A stretch of 42,224 bases of DNA from a bacterium (lineage in GTDB: Bacteria > Zhuqueibacterota > Zhuqueibacteria > Zhuqueibacterales > Zhuqueibacteraceae), in the NCBI GenBank assembly GCA_044869275.1, contig JBIOXB010000129.1, positions 1 through 42,224 on the forward strand. Direction: 5' to 3'. Positions 9,739 through 17,620 of the stretch are shown piece after piece. Each line of letters opens with the position of its first letter. Position 1 is the stretch's first letter. The notes under the pieces are model-generated. The model had not been told where the DNA came from, did no database searches, and was given only the letters and a program-made list of their open reading frames with translations. The position numbers and the translations under genes were made by a program.

Positions 9739-10194
9739 TCAAAAGCTTAATAAGATCTTGTCACTTTTATCCGGCGGCACTTGTTTGATCATTTCCGCTG
9801 TGAAGCGATGATACTGCTCCAGTAATTGTCCCGTCGTTCCGGAGACGTTTATGGCTATCGTGATCCAGGAATTATTTTCCATCTCCCAGTCGGCCTCATG
9901 AAGAAGCTGGATTTCAGCAACAGCTGAAAAACAATCATGAACCAACCGTACCGCTGTTTCCAAATTTGGAAGCAACGCGTTGGCAACGGCAAAATCCCAC
10001 GCCTCATCTGAGACCGGAATTTCCAAAATCTGCTTGGCAGGCGCAGTTATTTTTCTTTCAGCCTGACGCGGCTTGAAGGCGTTATAGGTAGCAATCCCTT
10101 CGGCGACGCGCTCCCGCCCCGCCTCGATTTTTTCCTCGGGGACGGAAGAAGAGAGCTCACCCAAGGGCTTGGAGGATGAACGTGATGCGGTCAT
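9739..10194 (-). CDS. Hypothetical protein, probable antitoxin/MNT-like partner of the HEPN gene
   Basis: Ends 15 nt before the HEPN start. Start reassigned to ATG 10194. No clear GSxxxG nucleotidyltransferase motif. Confidence 0.55.
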   Translation of the reverse strand: MTASRSSSKPLGELSSSVPEEKIEAGRERVAEGIATYNAFKPRQAERKITAPAKQILEIPVSDEAWDFAVANALLPNLETAVRLVHDCFSAVAEIQLLHEADWEMENNSWITIAINVSGTTGQLLEQYHRFTAEMIKQVPPDKSDKILLSF

Positions 10195-10269
10195 GATGAA
10201 TTTCTCCGTTTTTGAAAAAATTCTTTTTGAAAAGGCGCCACGCCTAGAATAGCATAACAAGCGGAAAGC

Positions 10270-11190
10270 TCAAAACCCATAATTCACCTCCCCACTAAGA
10301 CGCTGATTCGCCTGCAAACGTTCACGCACAGCGGCATCCGTTTTTTGCCAATAAGCGGCGCGGCCGGGGAGATCGTAAATCCATTCTTGCAAATACGCCG
10401 CCATGCGGTCTTCGTCTTTGGAAACTTCCTCCCATTTGATGTAAAAATCATTATCGCGGTCGTAATAGCCTTGCGCGAAGCTGGGATGTGCGCCGAAAGG
10501 CTCGACCACAACGGCGCTGACGATCATGCCCGGAATCACCGTGCGGTTGGGATCGCGGCGAATCACGCTTTGTTCGACCAATTCTTCCACCACGACAATG
10601 ACGCGCTTGGAGGCAAACGCCGCTTCTTTCTGTACGCCGAACAATCCCCAGATTTGGGTATTGCCCTCTTCATCTGCGCGCTGCGCGTGAATAATAGCCA
10701 CGTCTGGATGCAACGCCGGCACACAATACAATTCTTCGTTGGTAAAAGGGCATGCTACTTTGCGAATATTGGGATTGACCTTGGGCAAATCCGTGCCGTG
10801 GTAGCTGCGCAGCGGCATGAAAGGCAGATGCGCGGCCCCGGCCCAAAAACGCATGGCCATGCCGAAATGCGAATACTCGTCCAATTCAATGGGATGCGGT
10901 TTGCCCTTTTCCACCGCGCGGCGCAACGCGTACAACGGCCCCACCCCGGGGTTCCCCGCCCATGAAAAAATCATTTTCTTGACGCAGCCCGCGGCAATGA
11001 GCTGATCATAAATCAAATCCGGCGTGAGGCGGCATATGGTGAGCGCTTGCTTGCGCTGCCGGATGATCTCATGCGCAGCCGCGAAACAAATCAAATGCGT
11101 AAAACCCTCGATCGCAATCGTGTCGCCATCATGCACGAAGCGTTGGATTGCCTCGGACATGAGCAGAACTTTGGAGCGGGTGGTGGTCAT
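10270..11190 (-). CDS. Family I CoA-transferase alpha subunit (glutaconate/3-oxoadipate CoA-transferase A type)
   Basis: EAIQRFVHDGDTIAIEGF, PDVAIIHAQRADEEGN, PFGAHPS...GYYDRD. Start reassigned to ATG 11190. Confidence 0.9.
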   Translation of the reverse strand: MTTTRSKVLLMSEAIQRFVHDGDTIAIEGFTHLICFAAAHEIIRQRKQALTICRLTPDLIYDQLIAAGCVKKMIFSWAGNPGVGPLYALRRAVEKGKPHPIELDEYSHFGMAMRFWAGAAHLPFMPLRSYHGTDLPKVNPNIRKVACPFTNEELYCVPALHPDVAIIHAQRADEEGNTQIWGLFGVQKEAAFASKRVIVVVEELVEQSVIRRDPNRTVIPGMIVSAVVVEPFGAHPSFAQGYYDRDNDFYIKWEEVSKDEDRMAAYLQEWIYDLPGRAAYWQKTDAAVRERLQANQRLSGEVNYGF

Positions 11191-11300
11191 GGGCTGGGTG
11201 CGCAGGAATAATGAAGGATTTTCACCAAGTGACCTGTATATTATAAATATCGTAAATTCGTATGGCATATGAAACAGTAAAATTTCCCGCATACGTTTCA

Positions 11301-13745
11301 CTATTCATACCGCAAGCTCTCCACCGGATTCGCCAGCGCGGCTCTGATCGCCTGTGTGCTCACGGTCAGCAATGCAATCAATAATGCCATTCCGCCTGCG
11401 AGTACAAACACCCACCAGCCGATATGGACGCGATAGGCGAAATCTTGCAGCCAGCGATTCATGGCGAAATAGGCAATCGGCCAGGCGACGAGATTTGCCA
11501 CCAGCGTCAATTTGACAAAATCTTTTGAGAGCAATCCGGCTATCCTGGCCACCGAAGCGCCGAGCACCTTGCGCACGCCGATTTCTTTGGTGCGTTGCAC
11601 CACGTTGTAGGCCGATAGACCCAGCAAACCGAAGCACGCAATGAGGACGGCGAGAAAAGCAAACGCGCCGAAAACTTTGCCGAAGATCATGTCGGCCTGG
11701 TACTGCCGGTCAAAAAACTCATCGAGAAAGAAAAAGCTGAAGGGATCCGCCGGAAAATGCGTCTCCCAAATTTTTCGCAGCGAGACAATGGCTTGCTGCA
11801 CGTCGGCAGTTTGAATCTTCGCCGAATAATAGCCGCGCAGGCCGGGTCGCAGCAGCAAAATGAGGGGGTCTATGGCCTTTCGCAATCCCTGCTGATGAAA
11901 GTTTGCCACCACCCCGATAACCGTGAGCGTATCGCCGCCGCGTAGGATTTTTTGATTAATCGCGCTCTCGCTGCTTTCAAAGCCAAGCTGCTGCACGGCC
12001 AGCTCGTTGAGCAGCGCCGTTTTATTGTCCGTGGCGAAATCCGTGGAAAAATTTCTGCCGGCTTTCAATTCCAGGCTGTACGCCGGAACAAAATCATAGT
12101 CCACGCCGAGATGATACAACGTAATCATGCCGGCGCCCTCGACGAGACGGCGCCCTCCCGTGGTCCAATAAATCTCTTTGCCCATGACGCTTGACGAGGC
12201 GGTAAGATCTTTGACGCCGTTGATGCGCAACGCCTCGTTTTTGAACGGCTGGAATGCAGTCTGATAAAGGGAATCGCTGAACGAAGCGGCGGCGTCCAAC
12301 ACCAGGGTCTGGTTGATGTTTGCCCCCAGGTCTTGTCGCCGCATGAACTCGACTTGCCGATAGACGATCATCGTTCCCGCGATCAAAGCCACGGAGGCCG
12401 CAAACTGTGCGACGATGAGTCCCTGGCGCAGGGCATGAGAGTTCCGCCGGTTTTTGAAAACACCCTTCAGGACCAGCACCGGCTGATACGCTGACAGCAC
12501 GAAAGCCGGATACAATCCTGCGAGCAACGCGCCAACGACGAAGAGGGAGAGGGTGCCGAGCCAGTAGTCAGCGGGAAGGCTGAATCCTGAGATTGCCGTT
12601 CTGCCGAGGAATCGGTGAAACGCGGGTGCCAGCTCCGAGACGGCCAGCAATGCGATCGCCAATGCCACGAGATTCAACAAAACACTTTCGATGAGAAATT
12701 GGCGAATGAGATCAGGACGAAGGGCGCCCAGAACTTTGCGCACGCCGATTTCCCGCGCTCTTTCCATCGAGCGGGCGGTGGCAAGATTGATGTAATTGAT
12801 CCACGCGATGCCGATGATGCAGAACGCAATCAGGAATAAAAATGCCACGGCGCGCCCGTTGCCATTGACTTCGGCTTCTTGATTGTAGTTGGAATAAAGA
12901 TGAATATCGGACATGGGCAGCAGCGCAAGCTCAACACGAATATTGTTGTTGCGGGCAAACTCCCGGCTGTTGAGGTAGCGATCGCAAAATGCCGGCAGCT
13001 TCGCTGCCAGCGCGTTCATATCGGCGCCGGGCTGCAACAACACGTAGCTGTAGAAATCGTACCATCCCCAACTGGTCTCCGTCGCATTGGTGGTGTCGCC
13101 CCAGGCGCCGCGGACGATTTTCCCCAGCGTGGCGTAAGATACCAGATAGTCGATGACGAGATGCGACTGGCGCGGATAATCGCGGAATACGCCGGCCACG
13201 GCGTAGGTCCAAGTGCCTTGCGGGTCGCGCACGATCAGGCGTTTGCCCAGCGGATCTTCATCACCGAAGTATTTTTTCGCCATAGATTCGGAAATAACGA
13301 TCTGGTCGGGGCCGCTTAACGCGGTGGCCGGGTCGCCACTTTGCAGGTTGACGGCGAGCATGCGAAGCGAGGCGGGATCGGCAAAGTACCCCTTGGTCTC
13401 GGAGAATTTCACATTTCTTTCATCATTCGAGAGCAACAGCTCGGCGTCATGCAGGCGGCAAAAATTCTCCACTTCGGGAAAATCTTTTTTCATCGTGGGC
13501 GCAATTGCGGGATACACCGTGGCGGATTTCCACAACAATTCACCGGAACGATACGAATCCAGCCGCACGCGCACGATGCGTCCGGCGAGGTCTTGAAACC
13601 TGTCATAGCTTCGCTCATAAGCGACATACTCAAAGATCAGCAGAAAACAGCTCAGCCCGGTTGCCAATCCCAGGATATTGAGGGTGGCATACGCCTTGCG
13701 TTTCTTGAGATCGCGCAGCGAGATTTTGAGATGGTTTTTGAACAT
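11301..13745 (-). CDS. MacB/FtsX-like duplicated ABC permease, copy A (814 aa)
   Basis: MFKNHLKISL start with GGAG RBS, two periplasmic/TM halves, RAREIGVRKVLGA and RTKEIGVRKVLGAS, ends NPVESLRYE. Confidence 0.93.
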   Translation of the reverse strand: MFKNHLKISLRDLKKRKAYATLNILGLATGLSCFLLIFEYVAYERSYDRFQDLAGRIVRVRLDSYRSGELLWKSATVYPAIAPTMKKDFPEVENFCRLHDAELLLSNDERNVKFSETKGYFADPASLRMLAVNLQSGDPATALSGPDQIVISESMAKKYFGDEDPLGKRLIVRDPQGTWTYAVAGVFRDYPRQSHLVIDYLVSYATLGKIVRGAWGDTTNATETSWGWYDFYSYVLLQPGADMNALAAKLPAFCDRYLNSREFARNNNIRVELALLPMSDIHLYSNYNQEAEVNGNGRAVAFLFLIAFCIIGIAWINYINLATARSMERAREIGVRKVLGALRPDLIRQFLIESVLLNLVALAIALLAVSELAPAFHRFLGRTAISGFSLPADYWLGTLSLFVVGALLAGLYPAFVLSAYQPVLVLKGVFKNRRNSHALRQGLIVAQFAASVALIAGTMIVYRQVEFMRRQDLGANINQTLVLDAAASFSDSLYQTAFQPFKNEALRINGVKDLTASSSVMGKEIYWTTGGRRLVEGAGMITLYHLGVDYDFVPAYSLELKAGRNFSTDFATDNKTALLNELAVQQLGFESSESAINQKILRGGDTLTVIGVVANFHQQGLRKAIDPLILLLRPGLRGYYSAKIQTADVQQAIVSLRKIWETHFPADPFSFFFLDEFFDRQYQADMIFGKVFGAFAFLAVLIACFGLLGLSAYNVVQRTKEIGVRKVLGASVARIAGLLSKDFVKLTLVANLVAWPIAYFAMNRWLQDFAYRVHIGWWVFVLAGGMALLIALLTVSTQAIRAALANPVESLRYE

Positions 13746-13786
13746 TTTTGACTCCAGCGACCACTGTTCACTATTGAGATCTTGAC

Positions 13787-14233
13787 CTACTTTTTCTGCG
13801 GCTTCAGCTCCCACAGCACGTTGACGATTTTCCACTCGCCGCTCCATTTGGCCAGGTGCATGTAGTCGATCCAGCCGGACATGATGGCTTTGGCGCTGGC
13901 GGTGTTCTGGTAGATGTCGAAAATGATCACCTCTTTTTGTTGCTGCTCGGACGGGGTATCCTTGCCGCCGCCGCGTTTGACGCCTTGCACCAGCGTCATG
14001 GCGCTCATTTGTTCGAGCCGGTTTCTGCCGGAACCCGGATCCGTTCTCACGATGCGTTTCGCCAGCTCGGGATGAACCGCGCGCTCCATGCGCTCGGCAT
14101 TGCCTTCATACCACCCTTCGACATAATCCAAAGCGGCTTTTTTGATCGCGGTTGAATCCGCCGCCGTTTGCGCCTGAAGCGACAAAACTGGCATGATGAC
14201 GACGAGAAAAAATGCTTTAACAAAAACTCTCAT
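13787..14233 (-). CDS. Secreted NTF2/SnoaL-like (putative lumazine-binding family) protein
   Basis: Signal peptide ending LQA-Q, AALDYVEGWYEGNAERMERAVHP, DYMHLAKWSGEWKIVNVLW. Confidence 0.85.
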   Translation of the reverse strand: MRVFVKAFFLVVIMPVLSLQAQTAADSTAIKKAALDYVEGWYEGNAERMERAVHPELAKRIVRTDPGSGRNRLEQMSAMTLVQGVKRGGGKDTPSEQQQKEVIIFDIYQNTASAKAIMSGWIDYMHLAKWSGEWKIVNVLWELKPQKK

Positions 14234-14270
14234 ACTTGAATCCTTTCCTCAAATTGTCAGTATGCGGTGA

Positions 14271-14588
14271 TCAAGGTGCAGCATCACGCGTTTGCAGCAA
14301 ATTCTTAATCATAGCGATGAAACTGGACGGAACGCTGTAATCCGGATGTGAGCGATAGAGCGCCACTGCACGTTGGGTGTCTTCCAGCTTTCGTATTTCC
14401 GCCAGGACTGCGGGAAAACGCCGCGCGTGATCGAGATCGCGCGCAAACAGCAAATGATTGGAATCGATTCGCCCCAAGCGCAGAGCCAGCCCGTAGATTT
14501 TGTCCTGGATTTGTGTGACGATGTGCTCGAGGGCAGAGCGGTCCCCTGCTTGCGCTCGTTTGACAAGTTGTTCCAAGTCTGAATCCAT
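14271..14588 (-). pseudogene. ECF sigma factor relic with a large in-frame internal deletion
   Basis: The sigma region-2 start (LVKRAQAGDRSALEHIVTQIQDKIYGLALR) is joined directly to a C-terminal-extension-like segment (LGRIDSNHLLF...ALYRSHP). Regions 2.2-4.2 are absent; 105 aa. Confidence 0.7.
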
Positions 14589-14612
14589 GCTCTGGCACGC
14601 TGAAAGCAACGG

Positions 14613-15017
14613 TCAATGTTCATTCAATAGCGCGGGAAGTTTCATCAGCTCTTCGCGCAGGGTTTGGGCTTGCTGGTCGAGCGTGCCTTCTAATTGCTCC
14701 AGTGGCACAGGTGGCGCCAGTAAAATAAAACTGTAGATACAGCGATTTTCTCCCACCGACACCACGCGGGAATAAGCGGTGGCCACGTTACCATCGGGAA
14801 AAGCCATTGTCCAATCGATGGTGCCGGCGGCGCGCTCGGCTTTGACGGCCAACGCGACCTCCACCGCTCCTTGCGGAGTCTGCAGCAAGGCGCGTGCGGG
14901 AGATGCTTCTTTGAATGCGCTGGTCCATTTCGGCAAGTTTTGGGCTGCGGCAATATAGCCGAAAATTTTTTCAAATGATGCCCGGATTTCGATGCCTTGC
15001 ACTTCAAACGTTTTCAT
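14613..15017 (-). CDS. SRPBCC/polyketide cyclase-like protein (134 aa)
   Basis: IRASFEKIFGYIAAAQNLPKW motif and C-terminal helix. AAGGAG RBS before ATG 15017. Confidence 0.8.
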   Translation of the reverse strand: MKTFEVQGIEIRASFEKIFGYIAAAQNLPKWTSAFKEASPARALLQTPQGAVEVALAVKAERAAGTIDWTMAFPDGNVATAYSRVVSVGENRCIYSFILLAPPVPLEQLEGTLDQQAQTLREELMKLPALLNEH

Positions 15018-15064
15018 TGGCCATCTCCTTGAAACTGATTCTTTTGATGAATTCAATTTCTTGA

Positions 15065-15091
15065 GACTCATGCTGCACTGCAAGTGTGACC
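15065..15091 (-). promoter_or_regulatory. Putative ECF-type promoter GGTCACA-N16-AGTC
   Basis: One mismatch per box to the ECF41-type consensus TGTCACA-n16-CGTC with exact spacing. Lies just upstream of the SRPBCC-ECF genes. Confidence 0.5.
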
Positions 15092-15105
15092 AAAAAAAAC
15101 GCAAA

Positions 15106-17511
15106 TTATTCGTACCGCAACGCTTCCACCGGATTCGCCAGCGCCGCGCGGATGGCCTGCGTGCTCACTGTCAGCAGTGCAATGAGCAGCGCCAACCCGC
15201 CGGCGGTCAACAATATCCAGGGTTCGATCTCGATACGAAAAGAAAAATTTTGCAGCCAGCGATTCATGAAATACCAAGCCGGCGGCGAAGCGATGATCGT
15301 GGCAATTCCAACCAGGACGGTGAATTCCTTTGAAAGCAGGAGCACAAGACTTGGCGAGGAAGCACCGAGCACTTTGCGAATGCCGATTTCTTTTTTGCGA
15401 CGCTCGGCGGAGAACGTTGCCAGGCCGAACAATCCCAGGCAGGCAATGAGAATTGCCAGGAAAGTAAAATTGCCAAACATCTGGCCGAATTGTTCCTGGC
15501 TTTTGTAAAGATTGTCAAAATCCTGATCCAGAAACGAGTAGACAAACGGCCAGTTCGGAACAAATTCGTTCCATTTTTGACGCAGCTTGGCCATCGTCGC
15601 CCGGATATCTTGTCCTTCGATACGCACCATCATGGTTTGCATGTTCTGAGGGCCAAGATGCATCACCAGCGGCTGCATGAAAACTTGCATGGGTTGAAAA
15701 TGAAAATTCTTGACCACGCCGATGATCGCACCGGCCTCGCCCCTTCTACACGTCAGGCGCTGGCCAATGGCTTCTTGCGGCGATTTCCATCCCAAATCTT
15801 GCACCGCTTTTTCGTTTAGCACAAAGGCTTCGTTCACATCGGCAGGAAATTCCTTGGAAAAATTGCGCCCAGCACTCATCTCGATTTCCAAAGCCGGAAT
15901 GAAATCATGCTCGACAAACAGAAATTTCATATGCACCTGCTGTTCCGGCGGCGCACCTTCTCTGCCGACCAGCGTGCCCCACGCGCCGGTTCCGAGCGGG
16001 CGGCTGGCATACGTAACGTTGGCGATGCCTGGCTCGGCCAGCAATTGGCTTTTGAACGTTTCCTGCTTTTGAATAATACCTGGATCGCGCATCGGGATCA
16101 CCACAACTTGTTCTTGGTTTAGTCCAAGGTCTTTGTTCTTCATATAATGCAATTGTCGATACACTACAACCGTACCGGCAATCAACGCGATCGATATGGC
16201 GAATTGAAAAATGACCAAAACCTGGCGGAAAAGCAGCGGGGTGCGCTTGACCATTGAAACTTCCAACTTGCCTTTCACCATTTCAACCGGCTTGAATGCT
16301 GAAAGAAAAAAAGCCGGATAGCTGCCGGAAACAATGCCGGCTAGAAAAGCCGTGGCGACAACGCCCGCAAGCAAAAACATATTTTCAAAGTAATCCAGCC
16401 GGAGCGAGCGCTCGAAAACACTGTTGAACCTGGGCAGAAATAATTCGATTAGGAGCAGCGCGAACACGAGCGCGATGACGGAGAGCATGAGAGATTCTCC
16501 CAGGAACTGCTGGACGAGCTGCCGGCGTTCGGCACCGATGACTTTGCGCAGGGCGATCTCTTTGGCGCGGGTGGTCGCACGCGCGGTGGAAAGATTCATG
16601 AAATTGAAACAGGCGATCAACAGCACCATCATTGCTATCGCCGAAAAAATGTAAATAAAGCTTATATTGCTGCCGGTCTCGATCTCATTGCCTTGGGGAT
16701 ACAAATGAATCTCGGTGATCGGCTGCAACCAGGGGCGAAGCCGCAAGTCAGGCCCCAGGAATTGTGCCGTATACGCGTCCATGAATTGAGGGAATTTTTC
16801 CTCGACCTGTGCTCTGGTGGTATTTTCAGCGAGCAAAACATAAGTCATGAAGGGATTGAACATCCAATCTTGCAATAATTGCTGGCCCAAAGTTGATTCC
16901 AGGGTGCTGAACGAGCCGAGGAAATCGAAGTGGAGATGAGCGTTCGCGGGTACGTCTTGCATCACGCCGGTAATTTGATAATCATGCTGATCTTCGAGCC
17001 GGATGGTTTTGCCCAGCGGATTCTCCTCGCCAAAATATTTTTTCGCCATGCTCTCGGTCAGCACAACACTGAAAGGATCGCGCAGCGCTGTCAGCGGATC
17101 GCCCTGGAGAAGCGGAAATGTGAAAGCCTGGAAAACTTCCCCATCGGCATAGAAGAAACGTTTTTCATAAAAACGCCGATTGCCGTAGCCCACCATGAGA
17201 TCTTCAGTCATCGGCTGATGAAAACGCACCGCCTTCTCGATTTCGGGAAAATCCTTCAGCAAATGTGTCGCCATCGGCGCGCCAGAGAGAGAATTGGAAA
17301 AAGAGCCATTCGCAAAAACAAAATTAATATTCATGCGATAGAGCCGCGCCGCTTTTTTATGAAAGCCGTCGAAGCTCAATTCATCCTGCACGAAGAGCAT
17401 GATGATCAAGCAGCACGCCATCCCGGTCGCCAGCCCGAAGATATTGATGAACGAATAGCCTTTATGCTTGCGCAAGTTGCGCAGGGCGATTTTGAGGTAG
17501 TTTTTGAACAT
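15106..17511 (-). CDS. MacB/FtsX-like duplicated ABC permease, copy B (801 aa)
   Basis: MFKNYLKIAL start with AAGGAG RBS, same architecture as copy A, ends NPVEALRYE. Confidence 0.93.
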   Translation of the reverse strand: MFKNYLKIALRNLRKHKGYSFINIFGLATGMACCLIIMLFVQDELSFDGFHKKAARLYRMNINFVFANGSFSNSLSGAPMATHLLKDFPEIEKAVRFHQPMTEDLMVGYGNRRFYEKRFFYADGEVFQAFTFPLLQGDPLTALRDPFSVVLTESMAKKYFGEENPLGKTIRLEDQHDYQITGVMQDVPANAHLHFDFLGSFSTLESTLGQQLLQDWMFNPFMTYVLLAENTTRAQVEEKFPQFMDAYTAQFLGPDLRLRPWLQPITEIHLYPQGNEIETGSNISFIYIFSAIAMMVLLIACFNFMNLSTARATTRAKEIALRKVIGAERRQLVQQFLGESLMLSVIALVFALLLIELFLPRFNSVFERSLRLDYFENMFLLAGVVATAFLAGIVSGSYPAFFLSAFKPVEMVKGKLEVSMVKRTPLLFRQVLVIFQFAISIALIAGTVVVYRQLHYMKNKDLGLNQEQVVVIPMRDPGIIQKQETFKSQLLAEPGIANVTYASRPLGTGAWGTLVGREGAPPEQQVHMKFLFVEHDFIPALEIEMSAGRNFSKEFPADVNEAFVLNEKAVQDLGWKSPQEAIGQRLTCRRGEAGAIIGVVKNFHFQPMQVFMQPLVMHLGPQNMQTMMVRIEGQDIRATMAKLRQKWNEFVPNWPFVYSFLDQDFDNLYKSQEQFGQMFGNFTFLAILIACLGLFGLATFSAERRKKEIGIRKVLGASSPSLVLLLSKEFTVLVGIATIIASPPAWYFMNRWLQNFSFRIEIEPWILLTAGGLALLIALLTVSTQAIRAALANPVEALRYE

Positions 17512-17522
17512 GATGACTCCTT

Positions 17523-17620
17523 GCAAAGTGCATAGCGCATAGAGCATAGAGCATAGAGCATAGAGCATAGCGTGTGGAACATAGCACGCGCTATGCACCA
17601 TGCGCTTTGCTCTTTGCTAT
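17523..17620. repeat. Inverted heptamer-array spacer: GCAAAGT(GCATAG[AC])x6...ACGCGCT ATGCACC ATGCGCT TTGCTCT TTGCTAT
   Basis: The whole spacer keeps a 7-nt phase and the right arm is the approximate reverse complement of the left arm. Confidence 0.9.

Noticed and set aside
13755..13780. Possible heptamer tract CCAGCGA CCACTGT TCACTAT upstream of permease A
   Set aside because: Only two or three degenerate units, so not counted.
17512..17601. N-terminal extensions such as MLYALCSMLYALC on the permease ORFs
   Set aside because: Translations of heptamer spacers. The conserved M[FL]KNY starts, most with a clear RBS, lie downstream.
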